Numbered from the whole stretch's first letter, positions 22,827 through 36,247 are shown. The stretch: DNA of 59,373 nt, filler included, from Asterionella formosa (GCA_002256025.1; 10 parts of 10 records of this genome joined end to end with filler, not necessarily neighbours in it), one strand, 5' to 3'. The notes: generated by a model not told the origin, from the sequence alone. Program-made: numbers and translations.

Positions 22827-24258
22827 AATATTTGCTTGTCTTGTAATGTTGTACCTGGTACCCTCAACTTACTGCTGATACAGTATCTTTATGCTGATGA
22901 TCTGCTGGTGCATATCATATTGTTAACTTCATCTAGTAAGTGCCTTAAAGCTACAAATAGTGCCAGTGCATATCATAGTATCCTGTCCACTTCATTCTGG
23001 CACTGCTGTTGAGTTTTATGTGTATGTAGATTTATACAGATACCTAGGATGGACTACCATACAGTCAAACTAAATACAAGAAAAAGATTGGATGTAAAAG
23101 ATTCAGCATTACATTATAATATATATAATACTTATTTTATAGCTCAATTTTTTAGCAAAACCATTCCAAACTCCTATTGAGCTGTCAGCTTAGTTAACTG
23201 TCTACAATCTGTTGTCTCATTCCTCTCACTTCACCAGCCTAGTAGTGCATAACAGTTCATGAACCGCCTAACACTGCCTCATCCTTTTCAACAAAGAAGA
23301 TTTTGTGAAAAGAGCAATATGGTGTCTACTTTCAAACATAAACAATAAAAGTTTTATGATAATGCCTAAAATAATATTCACTTTTCCAGAAAGCAAGGTT
23401 ACTTTTCCCATTTTCATGTGAAATGACCAAATTATTAATAGTATGACAAACAATTCTCCTACCACTACTACTGGCACTAGTGTTTGACAAACCATGCATA
23501 TTTTTGAGTTACCTCAACAACATTTTCTGCAGCAAATGCCTAGGAATGTACAAATCGCCTAGGAATTCTCGAAGATACAGGGACATAAGATTCTTCATTA
23601 TGCACCAGCAGAATGAACACCTCAATCAGCATAAAAATCTTCAATGCAGAATTCTGAATAGATGCTTTTGATTGTATCATTCATATTTCCTCTATCACTG
23701 ATAACACAATATGTTCCAAGCGCCGCTTTGATGTCGTCTACTGATAAAATANNNNNNNNNNNNNNNNNNNNNNNNNNNNNNNNNNNNNNNNNNNNTTAAT
23801 TAATTAANNNNNNNNNNNNNNNNNNNNNNNNNNNNNNNNNNNNNNNNNNNNGATCGATTATTTTCGTCTCCTCGTGTGGATTTTTCGTTGACAACATCAA
23901 TAGCGGGAGTAATGCCAAAGGTTGTGGCAACTCAAGTGGATTGCACTTCTGATGCAGCAGTTGAGAGAATCATTCAAGTGTACCAAGCTTTGCGTGAGAT
24001 CTGTGTGTTTTTCTTTGTGTAGTTAACTATTCTGAGCCTATCACACTGCCTGAGTGAGTTTCCTAAAGTGCGAAATAGCTGTTTTCACCCAAGTCTTGTT
24101 CTGCTCTCTTATTCCATTTATCTCTCCCTTCTGTGGACCCAGAGCTTCCCGCAAGCCATGTGATGCCCATATAACCTGAAAGGGTCTGACTGAATATGGC
24201 TGGGTATCAAGTGGCGGTCAGGAGATGTCTTCCTTACGCCCAGATGGGGGTTTACTAG

Positions 24259-25500
24259 GTGGACACCACAGTCTGGATCTCTATTCCGCAGTGGATTCTA
24301 CTGCCAGTGTACATCGATAATCAAGCCCTCATTACTTGTATTGGGAAACAGAAACACAGCAGCCCCTCAGGAAAATTTTGCACAGATTTTGATCTACTAA
24401 AAGTGATAATAAAACTGTCAAATAGAAATAATTTCGATTTAATACCAGAACATGTCAAGGCACACCAAGACAATGATTGCGCTTATGTAGACTTGTCATG
24501 GAAGGCTAAATTAAACTGCAATTGCAACCAACAAGTGTCTCAATGGTGTGGACCTGCCAAAGATGTTTTGGCTCCATGATGGCAAATGCCTATCACTACC
24601 TCCAGGACATTCAGCATCCCTACAAATAAGAAATACAGTGGTGACCAAAACACACTAATGGCAATTATTAATGTGGCATACTGTGTTGATACATAGAAGT
24701 ATATTATTCAATAGATGGTTGGGAGACACTCAAAATTTATGACATGTGGATTGGGCAGGGAGACATGAGTCAAGTAAAACACTTCAAGGTTCATGGAAAA
24801 TGGCATTATTTAAGCTCAGAATTTAATTTGCTGGCAACATGTTGACGTTGGTGTAAATATGACAAGGGTGTGGATAACAGATGCTTTTGATGTAAATGCC
24901 TTAACGAGGACATTAATCATGTGATTACTTGCCTGGATACTATGTCAGCGCAGGAAGAGCTGCTGCACCAGGCAATGGAGTAGGCTATCATGGGACCAGG
25001 CGCATGTCATTTTGTAGCTACCAAAATGAAAGAGTGCCTTGGCTGAACAATGGCTAAGTGGCAGGAGTTCTTTCCGGGAAGGATCTATCCCCATGCGGCA
25101 GATGTTGTAGGGAGTTTGCCTTTTGAGGCTTACTTGAATCAGATAGAAATCGTTTGGGAACAAGCGTTCAAAGGGAAAATGATGAAATTGTGGGGAGTAG
25201 CCATGGTTATGCATAGCAAAGAAAAAGGGGATAAGGATGGGGTATTGGCAGAAAGATGGAGTGCAAGGATCATTTCAAGCTCATGGGATATGGCCATAAA
25301 GAGTTGGATTATTCATAATGGGGATTTATATGGAAAGACAGAGCAAGAAAAATTAAGTAAAATGATGGAGGAGGTGGACTTACAAATCAGTTTTTGATAT
25401 AGATTTGATCAACAAAGGGAAGTGAGAATTAAAAGACATGCTTTACACCAGAAGCACTTGTGGGTGGAAATGGTGGATTTTGCGTTTAATGCCTGGAATC
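24259..25500 (+). pseudogene. Decayed non-LTR retrotransposon (LINE) C-terminal region with RNase H-like domain
   Basis: YIDNQALI...DFDLL...HVKAHQD...AKLN (RNase H-like), a downstream Cys/His cluster and a Trp-rich tail (WSARII..SW...WI.HNG..YG). Many stops. Confidence 0.6.
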
Positions 25501-25839
25501 AAGAATAACCCGGTCATATAACTGTCCCATACAATTTTTGCACAAAGTTTTCCAAAAATGCACAATGAGTTAGTCCTGGGAATTCATGATTACTTTTTTT
25601 GACTAAATATGTAGCAAATCAATAATAATTTCTTTCAAGGATAGAATATTTTGATAACTAAATTTTAAATGACTCTTTTAGCTTACTAAAATAAAAATCG
25701 AAAAATATAAACAATTTTTGTATTATCATTGAAATCATCAGTAAATCGGGATTAGGTTCATGACATACTAGTACTTGCTGCATTATAATGTCTTATTGCT
25801 GGAAATAAATGGTTCAAAATGAAATCAAGGAAAACTCAC

Positions 25840-26720
25840 AATCAATGAGCTTGGCCCTTTGAAGAAATATTTGGGAGTGTGGTACAATTGGGGCCAAGAT
25901 AAAGTGGGACGCTATTTGGAGTTGAGCATGGAGGAAAATGTGCATGATATGCTCAAAGATCATCATGATATGTTTGGAAAGTATCCAAGAGATGCATCAA
26001 CCCCAGCATTGCCAGGAATTATTCTCAGAAAAAATCTTGACAAATGTTGTTCTATGGTCGGAAAATTGGTTTTTAGAAGAAAGTTGGACTAGTATGCGCA
26101 AATGCATGTCGGAACTCGTCTCAACATTTAGAAAATCCAGGACTGACCCATTGGATTGCTGTTGAGCGTTCGTTAGGTCTCTCATTGCAACTGATGAAAG
26201 GAACAGAAAATTAAAAATGAGACCCAAGTTCAAGACATGGTAGACAGCCCATTTGGGGATAATCCAGATACCAGGAAATCAACAAGTGCATACTTGGGTA
26301 CCATTGGCTGGTGGTGAATCTCTAGCGAATTTGATTTCGAAAGGACAAATGATTGTTTCTGTTTCCAGCACTGAAGCAGAGTATTGGGCTCTATCAGATG
26401 GATCAAGGAAACTACTTTTAAAATGAATCCACTCAATGAAGTTGAATACATGGAAATGCCTAGTATCATTGCAGAACAAGACAATACAGTTGCAATCTTT
26501 CTATCAAAGAATCAACAGGTTGGTTCACTAACCAAACACATTGATGTGAGATATCATTTCATTCAAAAAAAGGCGAAGGCTGGGGATATTAGAGTTGATT
26601 ATGTGAATGCTTTGAAGAATCCTGAGACCTACTCTCAAAGAAGAAAAGTCACTCAGAAAATTCATGACACTCATCCAACCCACATTATGAATGGGACTTT
26701 TGGATGATTGTTGGTTTCGA
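25840..26720 (+). pseudogene. Ty1/Copia RT-RNase H remnant
   Basis: KKYLGVWY, DTRKSTSAY, SSTEAEY, DNTVAIFLSKN...TKHIDVRYHFI. Frameshifted. Confidence 0.85.
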
Positions 26721-27139
26721 GATCAGGGATGAGGGTGATAAATATATGGAATCCGACAAGTCAAGGATCTACATGTTAAAACTGATAAAAAAACCAAGAC
26801 ATTAAACAAAAGATTTGAGATGCTTTATTGACAAATGAATAAGATGCTCACTTATTGTCATATCAATATGCAATGCTTACTTATTGACAAATGAATATGC
26901 TTACTTATTTCAACGCAAGAAAGATCATATTGACAAGATCAAGGAAAATCTTGTTCAGGATAACATGAGTACTTAGGTAAGAACAAGACTAGATATACTA
27001 TTAACAGATAGCTCACAATATTACAAAGTGTAAAATGAAAATAAGTTTTCAGCTTTAGTGATCTTAAACATAATATCTGTGATATTCTCAACGAATAAAG
27101 CTAGACAATTTAACAGTATCCAGCAACCAAGGTATTGGG

Positions 27140-27590
27140 GACTACCACTATGAATATTGACTGGTAAATGTTGATGACATTCTCTGCCTATCTGAAGACC
27201 CTACAAGTTTTTTCAAACAACTTAAATTCAAACCCTTCAACTATCATCATAAGGATGTGGGTCCATTGTCATGTTAGCTAGGTGCAAAAATTGGAAGATT
27301 CGCCATTGAAGGAACTGGCATACACACATGGTACATGTTAGCAGAGAGGTACTTAGATAGTCTTGGATCTCTCAAAGTCATTTATGGCCATTCACACCAG
27401 GGCACATCTGCCGCTCCAGACTGCCACCCAGAATTAGATACTACAGAAGTCCTCTTAGAAGATGAGATCCAACTTTATCAAAGATATATTGGCATCATGT
27501 GCTGGGCAATTGAGTTGGGGCAGATAAACCTTGCTTATTCAGGTGAAGCCATGTCTAAGTTTGTGGTTTTTGCAATTGGGGCATGATTCT
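27140..27590 (+). pseudogene. CoDi-type Copia RT remnant
   Basis: YEY*LVNVDDILCLSEDP (YVDD motif mutated) and HPELDTT..L...IQLYQRYIGIMCWAIELGQINL, typical of diatom CoDi RT. Confidence 0.8.
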
Positions 27591-28093
27591 TCAAAAAAGG
27601 ACAAAAACTTGAGGTAAGTTTCACCTCATTCTAAACTAGGTAGAACTTATATTATAAAAACCAATCATCAGAATGATATTTAATTGGAAGTGGCTATCAG
27701 CAAGAGAATTATTATAGTTTGTTGCCCTTAATGAGGGGAATCAACTAAAATTGTTGCAACAATAAATGAACAGAGGGTATACCATGCAAACACTTTAGAT
27801 ATTTATATGGATACTGACAAAAATACTGGGACTTGGCAACAATAAATTTCAAACAACCGAATCTGCTGATATTAGTCAAAGACAATTTCCAGAAAAAGAA
27901 GAATTGTTGATTGAAGAACATGTTAATCTTTTTTAATCTCATGTAACCGATTCATTACATTGTTGCTTTAGGCCTAAGGAAAAAGCAACACAGTTAAGAA
28001 GGTTAGTACATTGGGAATGAATTGTTTGTTGCATAATAATTGCTAGGGATTTACTTGATCATTCACTTTAACAGTGTAAGTCAGAACAAAACT

Positions 28094-29125
28094 AATTGAC
28101 ATTGCAGTACTAGTGCATGTGAAAGTTTATATAAATTTGGGAGCAAAGTTCCCCATGGTACGATTTTATGATGATGCCAATACATCAAGCAAGGTGATGG
28201 ACATACCTTGGGAGCCTTGATACCCTTGGGAGGCTGTGGTTGTATAAGAATGAATATGCTTTAGATTAGTCACAATAGAGTCAATTAACATTGCAGGATT
28301 GCACGAACCCGATTATTTGCGGATCTTTAGACCAAAGAACTCCATGGTATTCTTGGACAAAAATGCAGAAAAATACCATCAAGCAAGGTGCTTTTGTCAC
28401 TATAACTAGCTACATACCTTGGTTGCAGGAACAACTGGAGGTGTTGGAGCCTTGGTAGCCTGAGGGGAAAGGATCAAATTGTAAAAGTTAGTGAATGTAC
28501 AACAGTAGCCAACAGTAGACATGATGATACACACAACAGTTTGGATGAGTCACAGGCATGTGTGAATGTGGCTTTCAGCTAGTACCACAACACACCTTTT
28601 CTTTGAGGTCTCTAGTACTTGCAGTAGGTCCCTGCTCAGAAGAAGGTAGATTGTACAGTGAAATCAAAATATGGGTGTTAGTCATGACAGCATAAACCAA
28701 TTGACATTGCAATACTAGCGCATGTGAAAGTTTACATAAATTTGGAAGCAAAGTTCCCCATGATACGATTTTAAGATAATGCCAACACATCAAGCAAGGT
28801 GATGGACATACCGTGGTAGCCTTGGGACCTTTGGTAGCCTTAGGAGGCTGTGGTTGTATAAGAATGAATATGCTTTAGATTAGTCACAATAGAGTCAATT
28901 AACATTGCAGGATTGCACGAACCCGATTAATTAAGGAGCTTGAGATCAAAGAACTCCATGGTATTCTTGGACAAATCTGCAGAAAAATACCATCAAGCAA
29001 GGTGCTTTTGTCACTATAACTAGCTACATACCTTGGTTGCAGGAACAACTGGAGGTGTTGGAGCCTTGGTAGCCTGAGGGGAAAGGATCAAATTGTAAAA
29101 GTTAGTGAATGTACAACAGTAGCCA
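28094..29125. repeat. ~420-bp direct duplication (28094-28511 and 28699-29125)
   Basis: Long stretches of identity, e.g. GGAGGCTGTGGTTGTATAAGAATG...GTACAACAGTAGCCA. Confidence 0.92.
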
Positions 29126-29800
29126 GCATTGTACTCGTTTGCATGACTTTGCTGCCGGTTTTGTAGGTTTTGTATTCTTAGTCACCGCTCTACAACATAC
29201 CTTGAGGACTCTTTTTTGCTGTCAGGTTTCAGATGAAGGAGAAGTAAAATAAATTCAAAATGTAAGTAAAACGTATACCACAAAATCCTCGAAAGTAGCG
29301 GTTTGATGCTCCTCGACCGAACTTTTTACTCTCCGCCACTGATTGATTCAGTGCAGGCAGATGCAAACGCATGCATCATCCCGGTTTTTGGCGTACCTCT
29401 GAGGTTATGGTAGAGTCTGCCATGGTCGAGTGGAAGACTGCAGCAAGCAAGAGAAGAGAACGAATGGCCTTCATGTTGATGAGTGAGAAACCGAGTATAA
29501 TGATGGTCAATTTTGAGTTTTATGAACCACCTTGTGATATGAAACGTTTGGAACCGATTGGCCAATAGTCTTATGAATGATGATCGAGTACCGGTAATTT
29601 TGTTCAATGCGAACCTTATGACTTATTTCCGAGTACCGGTAATTTTGTTCAATGCGAAACGACCATAATGTTCCTTTTGTCATCAACACAATAACNNNNN
29701 NNNNNNNNNNNNNNNNNNNNNNNNNNNNNNNNNNNNNNNTTAATTAATTAANNNNNNNNNNNNNNNNNNNNNNNNNNNNNNNNNNNNNNNNNNNNAAACA

Positions 29801-30502
29801 TCAAACTAATGTCAAAGGTCGTAATGTGGCAGTCTCCAAATGCTGCAACGTCCGGTGCTTCGACCCATCCATTTTCGCAAACGCCGTTTGCGTGATTTGC
29901 AAGACATCCCCATGAGCAACCAACACAATTAAATAATTGGTCAACGCCCGATCCCACCGTACGACACATGATGTAGTACGGTCCATGACTGCCAGGACCG
30001 ATTCCACCTGGTGGTTGGTATGCGACGGATCAATGGCATCGTCCTTCCAAACATCGGGGTAGTGGCTGTCACTGCCACCATCCCAGTCGCCGAACCATCG
30101 TTCTCGGAGTGCCGTTTCTATAACGTAGCAGTGTTGGCGATCATATAAAGGGAGGCCAGCTGCCAGGACTGCGGCTCCAACGCACATGGCGGTCTCCTTG
30201 GCGCGGAGATAGTCTGAGGTTAGAATAAGAATGCCAGAGTACTTGTCTTGTTCCATGTAGTAATTGACTATGACTTGAGCAGCAGCTTCGGCTTGCTCGT
30301 TACCGAGTGGACTGAGACCATGTTGGAAAGGCGCCACATCGGGGTGAGACGATATGATTTGTGCGACATTTGCCGTGGATTGGCCATGGCGGAGCGCACA
30401 AAAATCATTCTTGAGAATTGTCAAATCTAGCAAATGATTGTTCCTCTGCGATTCGAACGATCCACTTTCACCTGAGACTTCGAATTCTTGTCTCAATTCC
30501 AT
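29801..30502 (-). CDS. Histidine phosphatase superfamily (phosphoglycerate mutase-like) protein
   Basis: RHGQS.AN, SDYLRAKETA, LRERWFGDWDG and LVAHGD motifs. First ATG at 30502. Confidence 0.88.
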   Translation of the reverse strand: MELRQEFEVSGESGSFESQRNNHLLDLTILKNDFCALRHGQSTANVAQIISSHPDVAPFQHGLSPLGNEQAEAAAQVIVNYYMEQDKYSGILILTSDYLRAKETAMCVGAAVLAAGLPLYDRQHCYVIETALRERWFGDWDGGSDSHYPDVWKDDAIDPSHTNHQVESVLAVMDRTTSCVVRWDRALTNYLIVLVAHGDVLQITQTAFAKMDGSKHRTLQHLETATLRPLTLV

Positions 30503-33050
30503 AGCTGACAATGACGAAGCAAGTACCAGTACCAGGCTACCTATGACTGTTAATATACCCTCGATCTATTGTTTGAGTGAGAATACCGGCAGTAGCCGCT
30601 GTGATTTTTATCAGGTACACAGTACACGCATAAGCATACTACATGGTAGTTATGCCAGGTAAGCAGGTAGACTACCTGGTTGTTACCTGGTACCAGGTTC
30701 TTGTCAGCATGATGTATGATGCGAGTACCAGGTACCAGGCACATGTAGACCGGTGATGCATCACACCGGCCGACGACGCTGCTTTCTTGCTTGTTATTAA
30801 TTAGGACGACGGTACATGCCTAATTGCAGTAATAAAATGCACGGACTGCATCACAAGGGAAGATTCAGTATGCGGTATACTCCGTGATGCTGTTTTCAAG
30901 TTGATACCCGGTACCTGGTACCAGGTACCAGCGAACATGAACTTGTCACCACCATATTTTAGTATTCCGATGCTGGTTCCGGTAGTCTACAAACGGTAAC
31001 TTCAATTCCATAGGAGCACAACCTGTAGCCTTCCAAGACTGTGTCGTACATACTTCTATGTACTTGGAGGAGTACTAGTAGAATGTACGGTAGACATTAT
31101 GCTCCTAGTACTACTTAGTGTGCTGTACATGAGTATATAAATCGAAACATTTCCTTGTAGAATGGAAGTAAATGAACCTTGCACGAATTGGATGCTTCGT
31201 TGAATGATTCCATTAATTATGTATCCATCCTGTCATATTTCCATTGTATCAGTACCATCCAACCACCTCCTCCAATATATGCTCAATTCCTGCCTCTATG
31301 CTCGATGGCTGTTTTCCTCCAACAATGGTGAGGGAGTACCTGGTGTTGGAGAAATTATTTTAGGAAAGAAAAATCCCTGTATGAGTTGCCTACTACATAT
31401 TGAATTGAATGAATAAAAAAGGAATATGGTAGTACCAGAGAAAACTCAGAATTCGAAAACAATCTAGTACATCGCCAGTAAAACCCATAATTCTATTAAA
31501 ACTATTAGGAACAATTTCAATCGATTTCAGTCATATCGTTGATGATATCTACAGCCTATTTGTTCGCTGACATGTCCTTACGCGATACAAGAAAGCAATA
31601 GAGGGCTTCGGGATGCAATTTCAAACACCTGGTATGATGCACCATCTAGTTGGTGGTACTACTAGTAGTAAGAGCAGTAAACCACTCACAATAGTCTTGC
31701 TTTGCAGAGAATCTGCCATTACTGATTTCCATATCCAGAAGATCAAGGAGATAGGAGATGATCCTTCATCACTTGGATCATCTGGCTGCACATTGCGGTT
31801 GTTGCTGCTGTCAACAACTTGAATAGCTGGCGTTCTCCAGAATTCGACAAGAGTGCCAATGTTGCAATTCTCAAATCGAATTATGAAGACTTTTTTCCTT
31901 CAGATGAGGAAACTTTGAGACCTGCTGTTGAAATTTAATTGCTTGTAGTGTCAGTTGCTGCTCGCTCTTCTTCTCCCTGATGGGAGCGATAATCATAGTT
32001 TGCACCAATAATACCAGTAGCTAGATGTAGTAGTACTTGTATGATACGAGACAACTTGTGGGGCTGGTGCTCTTGCTGAGCGAGATGAGGAGGTTATTGA
32101 GATTCAAGACTGTAGTAGTAGTACAATGAATCCATCCTGACAAAGCTTGTTCGAGAGTGTTACTTTAGCATGGTTGTGGTGGTGACATGATGAGAGTGGC
32201 TCAAATTTGATGGGAACGTTGATTTTGTGAGAAAGAAAAACACCATGGCGCCTCGTTGTCCCTGCGTCGTTTTAGATGTCATATTGGACTATTATAGAAG
32301 CGTATTGAAGGCAGAATCATAGTTTGTAATATGTAAAGATTACCATAATATTGTATCGAGCTGGTGTAGCATGGTTTGACCCCAAATCATTCTCTTGATT
32401 CTATTTAATACTCTGCTGGCGGGGGCACATTCTACTATGGCAGACTCGACAATATGCTCTTTCTGCTAAGTGTTCTATTTAGCCTATACATTAAAACACG
32501 TTTTGTTTTGAAAGGGAATGATGTTTACCACTCTGCAAAGAATACCCATGTATTGAAACAAGCCGTGTTGCTTATTTTGACACCAAGTTACCGGAAACCT
32601 TTGTTTGTTACACCACAAAAACTTTGCTCGATAAGTCGTGATCTTTGGTAGCTTCATTAACGCGATTTGAAAAGTCTGGACAATTTTTTTGAGATGGCGT
32701 GGGAAGGAACATGCTGACTTCGTCTCAACTATCTTTCCTCCGTAAATGCATGGTCTACAATTGTATTCATTCCATAGTAGTAGTACGCAACGACTTCTAG
32801 TGAAGAATTTATTGCTTGTCGCCCAAGCAAAACATTGAAATGTGATTTCAGAGAAGCACTTCTACTGGCCATGGCATCAACCAGCCCCACCCAACAGGTG
32901 GCTCCAGGTATTGACCATTACCTAATGCTCCACATGGTTTGCTAGACGAGAGGAACAAGCAGGAGCACCAACAGAAGGAACAATAGTTACACAGCAATGT
33001 AAAGGGAATAATTGTCTCTCTTTTATTAACCATGATGTATTTTTATGGAG

Positions 33051-33460
33051 TTATTGATTTTCATTGCCACAGGCAGAAAATACGAGGTCCTCGTCAATCG
33101 GATCTGGTCCACTGTAATCGTCGATAATCCGAATAGCGCCCTGTAAGATAATAAGAAGCTTTTGATGTTTCTCTTCGTGACTCAATTTGTAGGGAGTGTT
33201 TCGCTCATCATTTCCTTGAGGTAAGGCGACGACGAGCCTTGTTGGAACGCTTGTAGTCCTGTTAACACCATTCCCTTCCTGAGACGACGTGAGTCCGCTG
33301 CTGTTGAGAAACAAATTGACTGCTGGATTGCAGATAAATGGTGCTAATGTCATGATGAGTGGATCGATTTTGAACCTAAGAAAATTGCGGTAACAAATAA
33401 TTGTGTGACTACGGAACAAAATCGAAGGAGTTCTGTCGTTGAAGAATGAGAATTGAGCCA
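33051..33460 (-). CDS. Small hypothetical protein
   Basis: Open frame ending in an amphipathic helix HQKLLIILQGAIRIIDDY. CpG-retaining like other genes. Start codon uncertain. Confidence 0.35.
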
Positions 33461-34223
33461 TTGAACAAAACTGACTAAAATGAAAAGGAGTTGTGTTGAT
33501 ATTTGATATTACCATATATACTATTACTACGGGTATTCGTACGTCATGCTAACAGAACCGGTAATCTACCGGGACAAGACTCCTTTCAGATATATTATGT
33601 CCTTCCCTTGTCATACTTTCTCATACATAGAGAGTAAATCAAGAAATGTGTAGAATCTAACTACAACGACGTCGTGAGATTTCACCACATTATGTTACCG
33701 GTATATTCACTTATATACCCGGTATGTGAGAACAGTATGTGCTGAACAATTATGACTTTCAGGTACCCCGGCACTGTACAAGGTATGAGGAGTTCAGGGT
33801 ATGACAATTCAGTTGATCTTCAAGTCACACAATACTGCCAAGCAGAAGGAGGAATGAGAACATGTACAGTTAGACTTAATTAAAGCTGAAAACATGTACC
33901 AGGTTCTGCCGCTTTCTTTGCTTGGTTCCTTGGTGTTCTTACTAAGCAATATGTGGTAATTCCTTGATATTCCAAGGCATTCCACCACATATATCAACGT
34001 TTCCCGAAAACGACGGGAAATCATCTTGACTTGGAAATCTTTTGATGCCCTAACATGCAACATGTCTATGAATTTGGTTGAACCGATAAGTGGCACGAGA
34101 AATTTGGCTCAATCAAAATCGTCATCTCTACTAGCTTCATTACTACGATTTGAAATTGCTAGACAATGCATTTACTGTGCCTGGTGAATGAATGTACAGC
34201 AAAAAGTAATAGTTTCTGTATAC

Positions 34224-35591
34224 TTATATTGGTAAGGGGAACACCACGTTGCCAGCTAATCGATAAGTTGGTGCCTTGGTCACGCTCTCGGGCAATAAAA
34301 ATTCCGCTGTCACCTGTACTTGTTCACCTCCTTTTAATCCTCCCACAGGTCGAGCAGACATTATTGGCAAAACAGTCTGCCAATGCGATCGCTGATGATT
34401 GCCTGCAGGGTAACTTCGAGAATCAATCACAACATTGTCATTAAGAAACAAGCGCGGCCAAAGTGCAATACCTGACATTGAATGAGCTGTTTCTGATGCG
34501 AGTCGTTCCGATTCCGCTGGGCTTGAGTTACCTCGACGAAATTCTTCGTACAAGCCAAGGACGTTGCCTTCCATTCTGACGGGGTCAATAGTAAATAGTA
34601 GTTCTTTCTTTTTCTGTATTAAATCCTTCTGCTCCTTGTCCATAATGTTGCAAAAATCAATATCTTCGATTATGATTGGATCGGCCAACAACTCCAATCC
34701 CTTATCTCGACAATTGAACCTCACTGGCTCTCCATTCAACTTGTCCCAATTAAATTCAGGTGGACCAAATAGATTGTGCAAAGTATACGATGCTGGTGCT
34801 GCATATGTTTGAATGCGATGAGGAATCCACGACGTTGCCAAAGTGGGGTACTTGACCAGTCTCTCATGGGCGTCGCGAACGGTGGCATAGGCCCCTTCTT
34901 CCGACGCCACGGATCCCACAATTTCACAAATTACAACATCGGCCTTGGTGGGCAATGTCAACTCTGTCGAAAACCCCTGCAACAAAGTAATAACATCGTC
35001 ATATCCAGCCTTGGTAATCGCTTGCTGTGCCGATTGCGCGGCTTGTGGATCCGCTTCCATGGCATAGACTTTACCGGCCCCTGCTTGTGCTGCCATAATG
35101 GCGAAGAGGGCAAATGGCCCAGTTCCAAGGTCCAAAACAGTTTTTGATTCTGGATCTGTTCCAAGCTGCCGGATAATGGCGGCTTTGAATAATGGCGTTC
35201 TTGTTGGATCGTCCTTCATGGCCTTATAGGCAGTTGCATCAAAGGACACAAAGTTGTTGTTCGCATTCAAGCCGTCTACCGCGGACCACGACGCGCCAAT
35301 AGGAACTGCCACCGAATCTTGATTAGCGTTGGCGGCGAGGGGCGATTGCAGTGACGCTGCTGTCAGAACAACAGCACCTGCCAGCAAAAGAGCTTCTCGA
35401 CGAGATAGCTGGGCTGGTCCATTGGGATTCCAATCTTCGTGTTGATGCAGTGTCATAAATCCAACGACATTGGTGGATCTGGTGAGTCGTCGAATCGGCA
35501 CTGAACGACTGAATGCATCCACATTGCCGTATCTTTCGTCAGTCAAGTTGATTACCAATGCTCCAACTACAGCGAATGAGAAATAATGCAT
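34224..35591 (-). CDS. SAM-dependent methyltransferase with PRMT-type fold and predicted plastid/thylakoid targeting
   Basis: D..RT..FKAAI, VLDLGTG, AGAGKVYAME, ADVVICEIVGSVASEEG (double-E loop) and SHWQT (THW loop). N-terminus has a signal peptide, DA|FSR, and SRREALLL...ANA. Confidence 0.85.
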   Translation of the reverse strand: MHYFSFAVVGALVINLTDERYGNVDAFSRSVPIRRLTRSTNVVGFMTLHQHEDWNPNGPAQLSRREALLLAGAVVLTAASLQSPLAANANQDSVAVPIGASWSAVDGLNANNNFVSFDATAYKAMKDDPTRTPLFKAAIIRQLGTDPESKTVLDLGTGPFALFAIMAAQAGAGKVYAMEADPQAAQSAQQAITKAGYDDVITLLQGFSTELTLPTKADVVICEIVGSVASEEGAYATVRDAHERLVKYPTLATSWIPHRIQTYAAPASYTLHNLFGPPEFNWDKLNGEPVRFNCRDKGLELLADPIIIEDIDFCNIMDKEQKDLIQKKKELLFTIDPVRMEGNVLGLYEEFRRGNSSPAESERLASETAHSMSGIALWPRLFLNDNVVIDSRSYPAGNHQRSHWQTVLPIMSARPVGGLKGGEQVQVTAEFLLPESVTKAPTYRLAGNVVFPLPI

Positions 35592-35737
35592 TGTCCAATG
35601 GCGGTTTAATAATTGGTTGATTGGATTGCAAGCAAAANNNNNNNNNNNNNNNNNNNNNNNNNNNNNNNNNNNNNNNNNNNNTTAATTAATTAANNNNNNN
35701 NNNNNNNNNNNNNNNNNNNNNNNNNNNNNNNNNNNNN

Positions 35738-36247
35738 GCATCTTTATCGAAAAGGCGTGCAAAAGATTTCGCTGAAACCGCCCCATTCTCTATCACGATA
35801 TCTGCTTGGGCTGGGGTGAGTCCAAAGGTGATCAATTTCTCTCGAAATTGCGGCTCTGCCAACACACCATTAAACTCAATGAACACTTGCGCCATGGCAA
35901 GTTGATCACCAACTGAAATGCCCGATGGATCGTCATCATCATCGTCGCTTTCGTTGCCTCCACTATCGCCTGAGCTATCGCTGGGGTTGTCTGCCGGTCC
36001 AGAGGAACTGTCACTCTGACTCCGATCACTTGCCTGCAGGTCTGGTGCGGGGATTTGGACCTCCTGAATCACTTCAGGCCGCATTCCCACAACTCCTTCC
36101 GCCTCAACGATGTCATCTGGCGGCTCCAGAAGCTCATCTTCTCCCTGGGCTGCTCGAATTTGCGCTCTTGTTGCTCGTTGAGCTGCAATGACACGCTTCG
36201 AGACCCTACCACCCTGTCGAACCCTCTGCTTGGTTCTTGGTGACATG
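35738..36247 (-). mobile_element. 5' end of an LTR-retrotransposon gag-like ORF, truncated by contig end
   Basis: Open frame running off the contig (basic then acidic low-complexity, then FREKLITFGLTPAQADIVIENG), just downstream of a TG..CA-bounded LTR-like segment. Confidence 0.5.
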
